Shown one piece after another: positions 1-7,433 of a stretch of DNA of 64,000 nt. The position numbers and the translations under genes are program-made. Every line of letters starts with the position of its first letter. Position 1 is the first letter of the stretch. This DNA is from an uncultured Pseudomonadales bacterium (GTDB taxonomy: Bacteria > Patescibacteriota > Microgenomatia > UBA1400 > PJMF01): contig CAZKVV010000001.1 of the NCBI GenBank assembly GCA_964556485.1, positions 148,551-212,550 of the forward strand, written 5' to 3'. The notes under the pieces are model-generated. The model did no database searches and was not told the origin of the DNA. It saw only the letters and a list, made by a program, of their open reading frames with translations.

Positions 1-192
1 GAGTATTCAAGAAAAAGCAGGCTTCTCCGCAGCTTGCGCAAGTTTAAGTACCAAATTGCAGGCTTTTTTTCCTTCGACAACTACAACAGCAACACAAAAC
101 AAAGATACGACACGATACCGAGCCGATATCGTAATTCTGTTGGGCGCAGACATAGTTGAAGCAAAATAGTCAAGAGGTTGAAAACGAGTGTT

Positions 193-933
193 TTACTCGT
201 CGTCTTCATCAGAGTCAAAGTCTTCGATTATGGGTTCAAAATCACTATCCATATTGGTGAGCTGCACAGGAATTTCGTCCTCAAATACAAATCGTTCGTC
301 TATATCATCACTCGAGCCATTGTTGGCGATTTTGTTTGGTGGGAACGAATGAATATCGTGGTTTTCCTTTGACCTAGATTCTTCCCTTAGGTATACCTCG
401 CAGTTTTTTTGATCGCATGATCGAATGGCACACGAGTAGGTGTTGCCAGTTGTAATCAGCCGAGTAAGACGGAATGACAAGTCTTCAGGAAGGGAGCCGA
501 CATACTTTCCATTTGTTTGCACAGAGATGTATCTGTTTTTAATGAGGAGCTCACAACTCATACCAACAGAGATGGCTTGCAGCACTTCTTTGCCAGCAAG
601 GCGGTGAAGTTCAACCGTTTTTGTCTTTCCTGGTTCTTCAATAAAATGCTGTTGCACAAAAGTGGGGGAGGCAATACTGATATTATTCTTGATCTTATCA
701 AGGTGTTTTTTAGCAATTTTATCTGTTTTATCAACAAGCAGAGCCATTTCAAACTGCTTTTTAGCTAACTTGGTATCTCCAAGCTGTTGATAGGCAACAC
801 CCAATCTATTGAGTGCACCTGTATTTTTTGCCTCGATTTCAAGAATGGCAGCATTGTGATGTACGGCTTCTTCCCAATTTCCTTGCTTGGCTGCAAGTAT
901 GGCCTTTTGTACTAAGGTCGCTTTGGTATTCAT
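193..933 (-). CDS. TPR-repeat protein with strongly acidic C-terminal tail (hypothetical)
   Basis: ORF 193..1329 trimmed to the internal Met (MNTKATLVQ..., ATG at 933) because the longer form overlaps the YebC gene. TPR-like AxxQGNWEEA / LGVAYQQLGD helices. C-terminus DSDFEPIIEDFDSDEDDE. Confidence 0.5.
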   Translation of the reverse strand: MNTKATLVQKAILAAKQGNWEEAVHHNAAILEIEAKNTGALNRLGVAYQQLGDTKLAKKQFEMALLVDKTDKIAKKHLDKIKNNISIASPTFVQQHFIEEPGKTKTVELHRLAGKEVLQAISVGMSCELLIKNRYISVQTNGKYVGSLPEDLSFRLTRLITTGNTYSCAIRSCDQKNCEVYLREESRSKENHDIHSFPPNKIANNGSSDDIDERFVFEDEIPVQLTNMDSDFEPIIEDFDSDEDDE

Positions 934-1017
934 GACTGTATATTGTAGCAACCAACCTCGATTTGACAATCCGCTGTTATAAACGGCAATAGGGTATAAT
1001 GGCATCGAAAGGTTAAC

Positions 1018-1587
1018 ATGGCAGGACATAGTAAATGGCATAACATCAAGAATAGAAAAGGTGCTCTCGACGCAAAACGTGGAAAAGTCTTTGGGGAGAT
1101 TTCTAAAGCAATCCGTATTGCGGTACGTGAAGGCAAATCGGATGATCCTAAAAGTAATCCCACTTTGCGAACGGTGCTTGAGAAAGCTCGTGCCGCAAAC
1201 ATGCCTAAAGAGAAAATTACCAAGGCAATTGAACGCGGTATGGGGAGATCGGCTGCAGGAGCAACAATTCAAGAAGTTGCCTATGAAGGCTTTGGACCGG
1301 GCGGCATAGCCATAATTGCGGTTGCGCATACCGATAATGCAAATAGGATGAGTGCTGAGATAAAGTACGCTTTTTCCCGTAATTACGGCTCTCTAGGGGG
1401 ACCTGGCAGTGCGATGTATCTTTTTCAACGTTCTCAAGATGGTGGATACGCACCAACAATATCTATGGAATTGCCTGATTCTCAGACTGAAACACAGTTG
1501 CGACAGCTCGTTGAGGCTCTACAAGAGTTAGACGAAGTCGAAGACGTGTACATGGCTACCTATTTGCCAGAAGTAGAAGAAGAGTAA
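1018..1587 (+). CDS. yebC: YebC/PmpR-family transcriptional regulator (short variant)
   Basis: N-terminus MAGHSKWHNIKNRKGALDAKRGKVFGEISKAIRIAVREG is the YebC signature. 189 aa versus about 245 aa typical; the middle lobe seems to be missing. Confidence 0.85.
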   Translation: MAGHSKWHNIKNRKGALDAKRGKVFGEISKAIRIAVREGKSDDPKSNPTLRTVLEKARAANMPKEKITKAIERGMGRSAAGATIQEVAYEGFGPGGIAIIAVAHTDNANRMSAEIKYAFSRNYGSLGGPGSAMYLFQRSQDGGYAPTISMELPDSQTETQLRQLVEALQELDEVEDVYMATYLPEVEEE

Positions 1588-1600
1588 AAGATTACGCTGT

Positions 1601-2368
1601 ATGCGAAGAAGAGAGAAGTTTGTTATAGCTTCAATACTCCTCAGTTTGGGGTTGCTTGGTGTGCAAGTGACTGCACTAGAGTTTAGGTATGCAAGCGTGG
1701 CATTTTTCACCTGCATTTCCTATTTAGTGTCTGCCTGGGCGCTTCGAGACGATTTGCAAAAGCATGAATGGCTAACTATTTTGCCATTTCCAGCTCTCTA
1801 TGCAATGGCCGTAAGTCTGTTTTATTTTTTGTTACCACCAAACATAACCTCAAGAGCGCTACTGCTAGGATTATTTGGAGTAGGGATGTACGCCTTATAT
1901 CTCACTACCAATATTTATTCAGTAGCAAAGGGGAGAACCATTCAGTTGATACATGCGGCTCAAGCTATTGCGCTCATCATCACTTTGGTGACTTCGCTGT
2001 TTTTTAGTAACACCATTTTTTCGCTCAGATTACCGTTTTATGTCACTGCATTGTTGGTTGGAATTGCTCATTTTCCTTTGGTATTCATTAATTTATGGTC
2101 AGTAAATCTCGAACAACAATTGAGTGAATCAACCAAAGATTTATCGTTGATGCTAACCGCAATTTTGATGCAACTGGCATTGGTATTATGTTTTGTGCCG
2201 TTAACCGTCTGGTATGCAGCTTTATTTGTGATGTCATTTTTATACATTGGACTCGGCATACTGCAGGCTGCGCTGCGAGGTAGATTATTTGCAAGAACGT
2301 TGACGGAATACTCAATTGTGGCGTTATTTATTGGAATTGTTTTTATCCTAGTGGTGCCATTCAAGTGA
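1601..2368 (+). CDS. polytopic integral membrane protein, unknown function
   Basis: 255-aa ORF, highly hydrophobic with about 8 predicted TM segments. No recognisable motif. Confidence 0.5.
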   Translation: MRRREKFVIASILLSLGLLGVQVTALEFRYASVAFFTCISYLVSAWALRDDLQKHEWLTILPFPALYAMAVSLFYFLLPPNITSRALLLGLFGVGMYALYLTTNIYSVAKGRTIQLIHAAQAIALIITLVTSLFFSNTIFSLRLPFYVTALLVGIAHFPLVFINLWSVNLEQQLSESTKDLSLMLTAILMQLALVLCFVPLTVWYAALFVMSFLYIGLGILQAALRGRLFARTLTEYSIVALFIGIVFILVVPFK

Positions 2369-2848
2369 TATTTTTCTAGATATTTGAAACAGAGAAGTGT
2401 GCAATTTTTTATCCATGCCTGGTGGAGGAGTAGGGTGATATAGTTTGATACAGTTAAGTACCCATGAAATATCGTGAAATTATAGGACTTGAGTGTGGAT
2501 AACTTTAAAAGTTATAGGACTTTAACTGTGTCGTTTAGCCTGGTGCACGTTGCTAAATCTGAGTAGAAAATGTCATATTTGTACCTTTGTGTAGTAAAAA
2601 CTAACAACTGGTTTTAGCCCAGCACCACTGGGGAGCAGAAGTGGTTTGCGGGAATAAAAAACCCGAATGCTATTTGGACGTTTTAATCACATACCAAACT
2701 AGATAGCTAAGAGCCTGAAGAGAGCTGAAAGTACCAGATTGCAGTGCATTAATAACGAATTCATACAGGAATATGTTTTGATATGTGTGGAAGAGGGAGA
2801 GGTGCCCCTCTCCTTAGTGCACCTCGGCCAATGTTGCAATCAGTGTTG

Positions 2849-3095
2849 TGTCGCACAATATAACTTTTACGACTAAGACTCAGATTGTGCGAGAGACCTT
2901 TGTTTGTATGCCTGTTTTAACCGTCAGTTATGTTTTGTTCATACTTTTCTTTTTTTGTGTTTGTACTTTTTTTTTTCCTTTGTTTTCCCTGGATATCCAC
3001 TCCCTTGCTGCCCGCCAGTCTCTATCACTTGCTTGAAGCTTATGTTGCTCCTTACTGTCAGCCTGGTTCGACCGTAGACTCTTATATTGTGCGAC
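2849..3095. repeat. perfect 15-bp inverted repeat pair (TGTCGCACAATATAA / TTATATTGTGCGACA) bracketing about 217 bp of T-rich non-coding DNA
   Basis: Read directly: 2849-2863 is the exact reverse complement of 3081-3095. A third partial copy ATTGTGCGAGAGAC lies at about 2887. It sits inside the 1.4 kb non-coding stretch 2369-3752 upstream of the tyrosine recombinase. Confidence 0.55.
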
Positions 3096-3752
3096 ATAAA
3101 AAAATGGTGAAACTGAGTTCGAAGTGGGCGACTATTGCTTCATTTTTTTGGTGTCAGCCTGGTTTCCTCTGTATTCTTGCTGATTGCTGTTTGATTTTTC
3201 AGTCCCCACCAGGCAGCGAACTTACAAGAGCCTTAAAATCGGCTTTTCTTTTTTTAAATGACCATTTATATGGTTGAAAATATCTAAAGTGTTTTGATTT
3301 TATATATTTAGCAACATTTTGAGATATTTCAGTTGTAGATTTTTACATTCACAGAAATGTGAATGATATTGGATTGACGAGAAAGTTTTTTGAGTCAAAT
3401 ATTTAGAACGTACTTTAGTATCATTGGGTCACGAATGCCGCAAGAAGTTGCTAGATTATTTTTTGCGCCAACGCGCAGGTGCAAAGATGCACAACTTCAG
3501 CAACTAAATGCTACGCATTTTTGAAAGTGCGTTTAATTTAGTATTTGACTCTCAATTGTATTCCTGCCTATACTGAAGGTACCAATTTGTCCACAAGTCC
3601 TCTTTCATGATGGGGGATTAGGATTCTTTTTTTCAAAAATGCGTAAATGATGTGCAGTTTTTAATCGATAGATCCATTAAAACAACCTAGTACAACTATT
3701 AGCGCTCTTCCCTTTTCGCTGCCAATAACTTATAGTATTTCCAGAGGAAACT

Positions 3753-4688
3753 ATGTCCATCCCTACCCTACCCCAATCATGCATCATTACTTTTCTAGAA
3801 CATCTAGAAGTTGAACGAAATGTGAGCAGATTAACCATTAGAAATTATAGTCTCTACTTGAGAAGATTTGTGGCGTGGTTAACAGATCATGACTGCACAG
3901 ATATTTGTAAATTGGACCAAGATTTAGTTCGGCAGTACCGTGTGTTTTTATCTCGCTATGAGGATGAGCAAGGTAGAACCTTATCAAAAAAAACGCAGGG
4001 GTACTACATCATTGCGTTGCGTTCTTTGTTGAAATGGTTGGTGAAAAATGATGTGCCAGTCTTGCATCCAGAAAAAGTTGATCTCCCCAAAGGTGAGTCG
4101 CAACACATGAAGTTTTTACCAATTGATAAAGTAGAACAGCTATTGGCGCAACCAATTTTGTCGTCAAAAACAGGGCTTCGTGACAAGGCAATTCTTGAGG
4201 TACTGTTCTCAACAGGACTGCGTGTCAGTGAGTTGGTTTCGCTCAATCGTGATCAAATTGATTTACAGTCTCGAGAGTTTGGAGTGATTGGAAAAGGCAG
4301 ACGACCTCGTGTTGTGTTCTTAAGTCCGCGCGCTGCTGACTGGCTTGATAGATGGTTAGTATCAAGAGCCGATCAATGGCGGCCGGTGTTTGTTCGATTT
4401 GCTGGCGAAAAACCAGAGCTACTTTCTGACGGTGAAGACATGCGATTAACAACGCGGAGTATTCAGCGATTAGTAGATAAGTACTGTAGAAAGGCTCACT
4501 TGCCCATTAGAGTGAGTCCGCATGGGATTAGACACAGCTTCGCCACGGACCTGCTTTCAAATGGTGCAGGGCTGCGTGAAGTACAAGAGATGCTCGGGCA
4601 CAAAAATATTTCTACCACGCAAATTTATACGCACGTCACACGTCCCCAACTTAAAAAAGTTCATGACGAAAAACATACTGATTTATAG
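3753..4688 (+). CDS. tyrosine site-specific recombinase, XerC/XerD family
   Basis: C-terminal catalytic motifs HGIRHSFATDLLSNGAGLREVQEMLGHKNISTTQIYTHV (His-x-x-Arg ... Tyr). N-terminal SAM-like core-binding domain. 311 aa. AGGAAA RBS before the ATG. Confidence 0.85.
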   Translation: MSIPTLPQSCIITFLEHLEVERNVSRLTIRNYSLYLRRFVAWLTDHDCTDICKLDQDLVRQYRVFLSRYEDEQGRTLSKKTQGYYIIALRSLLKWLVKNDVPVLHPEKVDLPKGESQHMKFLPIDKVEQLLAQPILSSKTGLRDKAILEVLFSTGLRVSELVSLNRDQIDLQSREFGVIGKGRRPRVVFLSPRAADWLDRWLVSRADQWRPVFVRFAGEKPELLSDGEDMRLTTRSIQRLVDKYCRKAHLPIRVSPHGIRHSFATDLLSNGAGLREVQEMLGHKNISTTQIYTHVTRPQLKKVHDEKHTDL

Positions 4689-4702
4689 CTTTTAAAATAA
4701 AA

Positions 4703-4733
4703 AGAGCTACAAATAACGAGTACTTGTAGCTCT
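4703..4733. terminator. hairpin between convergent genes (agagctacaa-N11-ttgtagctct)
   Basis: 10-bp perfect stem, A-run on the left, T/G-rich on the right. Lies between the recombinase stop (4688) and the minus-strand gene end (4750). Confidence 0.4.
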
Positions 4734-4749
4734 TGATTGTTGTGTCAAA

Positions 4750-5211
4750 TTACGATTTTTTTACTTTGCTAGCTGTTTTTTTTACCCAAGCCAGCAAGTA
4801 GAGACATAGTAAGCAAGCCAACCAACCCATCAAAGCATCAATAAAATGATTGTCTGGATATGGTGGGTTGATTGATTGGTTGAATTCATACAAGCTGTAC
4901 ACAATTGCAGTTGCAATCGGTACAGAGAATAAGATGTTCATTCCAGCAGGTTTATATGCCAGATTCGGCTCTAAAAACCGGAAAGTAATAACCAATCCAT
5001 TGCCTATTAGTATAAGGCAAACAAAAAATGATGTCATTGAAAGTTGAAATATTCCCAATTCATTAAAAACAGGCTCGAGAAAGTTTTTTTGTCCATACTG
5101 GTTCTCTTGAACAATATAAAAAAATGTTTCGCCAACCACCCCCAACAACTGGCTTAGCATCATTGCAATTATAAAATTGTTCAAGAATGCTTTTTTCTCT
5201 GCATATCTCAT
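4750..5211 (-). CDS. small integral membrane protein, unknown function
   Basis: 153-aa hydrophobic ORF with about 4 TM segments. Preceded (minus sense) by the shared promoter-like module at 5330-5360. Confidence 0.45.
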   Translation of the reverse strand: MRYAEKKAFLNNFIIAMMLSQLLGVVGETFFYIVQENQYGQKNFLEPVFNELGIFQLSMTSFFVCLILIGNGLVITFRFLEPNLAYKPAGMNILFSVPIATAIVYSLYEFNQSINPPYPDNHFIDALMGWLACLLCLYLLAWVKKTASKVKKS

Positions 5212-5403
5212 TTGCTTGTTGCTCCTTGCGCAATTTTCGTGCCAATAATTTCTCTCAAAGGATATATCGAATCCTAAGTGAAAAACGTAATTTGTTAAAA
5301 AACAATGACCTTAATTATAGCAAATAAAACGCTTTTTGTAAAGTTATAGGCTTATTTGCATGCTGGTGGGGAAATTAAGAATATGACTCTTTATCAAAAA
5401 AAA

Positions 5404-5423
5404 AGACGCCCGGGTGGGCGTCT
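5404..5423 (-). terminator. Rho-independent terminator downstream of the lipoprotein gene
   Basis: agacgccc-gggt-gggcgtct hairpin, preceded on the plus strand by A10 (a T-run on the minus strand). Confidence 0.55.
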
Positions 5424-5471
5424 ATCTCTTAAAAATGTCGTGTGAATTTTTTTATACTGCAAAATTAATGG

Positions 5472-6116
5472 TTACTGGCACGTATAAACCACGCCAGTTT
5501 CATTATTTTTACAATAATACGTAATCAAATCTAAGGTAACACCATGGGAGGAAACCCCCGCAAAGGTATACCCTTCTGGTATCGGAACTTCATCTCCGAT
5601 AACACCTTCTTCTGTGCAAATCAAGACATTTTGCGTCTCATTTTTTTTGCAGTACAAGGTGGTATTTTCAAAGAAATTCCCTTTTGAGGAAGCAGCCGCA
5701 AAGGTATACCCTTCTGGGATGTTGAGCTCACGCTCAATTTTTCCCATGAAAATGAGAAATACCTTGTTAGTTCCATCTTGTTGAACATAGTACTCTGTAT
5801 GTTCAAGAGTTTCCATATACGCCAGCGTAGATGCGCTCAGGAAAGTGTATCCATCGGGAATGGAGATCTCTTCCTGGACAGATCCAGACTCACAGGCGTA
5901 GACAGGCTTGAGGCCGGGAAGTTTGCAGTACTCTGTTGTACTCACACTGTGGGCCATGCCGACAGCATATGAATACGAAGAAGCTTCTACAAACTCATAG
6001 CCGTCTGGTAGAGTCACAGGATCTTCAATGACGAGTGCAGTGTTTTGCACACTACCGCAAGCTGAGAATAAAAATGTAAAAATTCCTACCAATATCAAAA
6101 CCCATTTTTTTTCCAT
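5472..6116 (-). CDS. lipoprotein with four tandem repeats of about 45 aa ([IL]P[DE]GY[TE]F...YYC)
   Basis: Start set at MEKKWVLILVGIFTFLFSACGS (lipobox FSAC; AGGAG RBS 8 nt upstream). Repeats LPDGYEFVEAS / IPDGYTFLSAS / IPEGYTFAAAS / IPEGYTFAGVS, each followed by a YYC or YAC motif. Confidence 0.6.
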   Translation of the reverse strand: MEKKWVLILVGIFTFLFSACGSVQNTALVIEDPVTLPDGYEFVEASSYSYAVGMAHSVSTTEYCKLPGLKPVYACESGSVQEEISIPDGYTFLSASTLAYMETLEHTEYYVQQDGTNKVFLIFMGKIERELNIPEGYTFAAASSKGNFFENTTLYCKKNETQNVLICTEEGVIGDEVPIPEGYTFAGVSSHGVTLDLITYYCKNNETGVVYTCQ

Positions 6117-6267
6117 TTTTCTCCTAAATTTGAAAGGCAAAAATATATGAGAAATTAAAAATTTCTCCACATCAACATATTAAAGAACAAGAACGAGTAG
6201 TATATCAAAAAAATGGGAAATGTGAAGTTATAGGCTTATTTTGCAATAGGTGGGTGTACATACAAAA

Positions 6268-6291
6268 AGACGCCCTTCGAAGGGGGCGTCT
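6268..6291. terminator. bidirectional Rho-independent terminator (agacgccc-ttcgaa-gggggcgtct)
   Basis: GC-rich hairpin flanked by an A-run on the left and a T-run on the right. Immediately downstream of the gene ending at 6322. Confidence 0.55.
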
Positions 6292-6321
6292 TATTTTTTG
6301 CATTACTGTTGTGAAAGCGAA

Positions 6322-7017
6322 CTACCCGTTGGTCTTGTGTCGCCAGCTGTTAAGTTGTTGGCCGTGCGTCCAGACCTTCGTCAAGATTGAAGCTGCACAA
6401 GCGAACTGAAAGCCAGTGATGCCTTCAAGGTCGGCTTCTTGAGAAGTTGCTTCTGCGACTTCTTCGATGCTTCGACCATTTGAAATCTCAATCTGCATTA
6501 GGCGCGCCCATCTTTCGGCATAGTTGATGACAGCTCTGCCATATGGTTCTGGATTATTTGCCACAGTAAGCATCCATGCAGCCTTGTCGGCAAGTTCCAT
6601 TTTTGGCTTTAGTCTAAGTTTTTTCTCTACAGCAACACGCCTAGCCTTTTCTTGGGCCTCATAAGCAACACGCCTAGCCTTTTCTTGGGCCTCATATTCA
6701 GCGCGTGCTTTCTGGCGACGAGCTTCTCGTTGAGCCTCGATGCGAGCATCGTTGGCCTTTTCTTCTTGAGTCAGCTCGGGGGCAGGTTCTGGCCCTACCT
6801 TCTTGGGAATGTACCCATAGAATGCTCGCAACCAGTCGCGGTAGATTAATTCAGGACGGGAATTGCTTGTTATAGTTACGACTACCTCGTTGAATTCGAA
6901 CGAGATGGGTCGATTTTCCTGATTCGACAATTTTATCGCCTCATGAATGGTGTGAGTAATGTCAGCTCCTGCCATTACAACAAAAATTCCGTCTTTTTCC
7001 TTCTGCAAAATGTTCAT
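6322..7017 (-). CDS. hypothetical protein with charged coiled-coil repeat region (EAQEKARRVA repeats)
   Basis: Start at MNILQKEKDG (AGGAG RBS). Central region is imperfect 11-aa repeats rich in A, R, E, Q, K. No recognisable enzymatic motif. Confidence 0.55.
   Translation of the reverse strand: MNILQKEKDGIFVVMAGADITHTIHEAIKLSNQENRPISFEFNEVVVTITSNSRPELIYRDWLRAFYGYIPKKVGPEPAPELTQEEKANDARIEAQREARRQKARAEYEAQEKARRVAYEAQEKARRVAVEKKLRLKPKMELADKAAWMLTVANNPEPYGRAVINYAERWARLMQIEISNGRSIEEVAEATSQEADLEGITGFQFACAASILTKVWTHGQQLNSWRHKTNG
6631..6696. repeat. perfect 33-bp tandem duplication (2 copies) inside the CDS
   Basis: agcaacacgcctagccttttcttgggcctcata occurs twice back to back. It encodes a duplicated YEAQEKARRVA and is in frame. 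Confidence 0.85.
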
Positions 7018-7302
7018 TCTATAATCTCCTTTGAATGCAAAAATGCAGGTTTTCACCTGGCTAATCGAATTGATAGCGCTTCATCCCCAAATAATTCGGG
7101 ACAAGGCGCTACCAATTCAGATAGGAGTATCAATTTTTCACAACATATTAATGTGCGAGATAAAGAAGTAGCATTGCCAGGTTTCCCATGCAAATGAGAG
7201 AAACTGCAATCTTACTTAACTTAGCATTGAATTATACTTCAAAAACTGTTTTCAGTCAATTATTATAGGATGATAGGTTGCGATGAGAATGACATTTTTG
7301 CG

Positions 7303-7379
7303 TGGTGGACCTGAGGGGAATCGAACCCCTTACCTCTTGTATGCCATACAAGCGCTCTAGCCAAATGAGCTACAGGCCC
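7303..7379 (-). tRNA. tRNA-Ala (anticodon GGC)
   Basis: Reverse complement is GGGCCTGTAGCTCA...CTTGT-ATGGCAT-ACAAG...GGTTCGATTCCCCTCAGGTCCACCA. Cloverleaf with a G3:U70 Ala identity pair; anticodon loop AUGGCAU; encoded CCA. Confidence 0.85.
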
Positions 7380-7433
7380 ACAAAGTTTGGAGCGAACGCA
7401 AAAGCATCGCTCCAGACGATGGAATTATATCAG

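Noticed and set aside
193-1329. 378-aa minus-strand ORF extending over the YebC gene
   Set aside because: The 5' 130 codons overlap the strongly supported plus-strand yebC and have no sensible start context. I trimmed it to the internal Met at 933.
2848-3277. Two overlapping plus-strand ORFs (62 and 115 aa) in the long non-coding stretch
   Set aside because: Phe/Cys/Leu-rich low-complexity translations of a T-rich tract with no RBS. More likely non-coding DNA inside the inverted-repeat-bounded segment.
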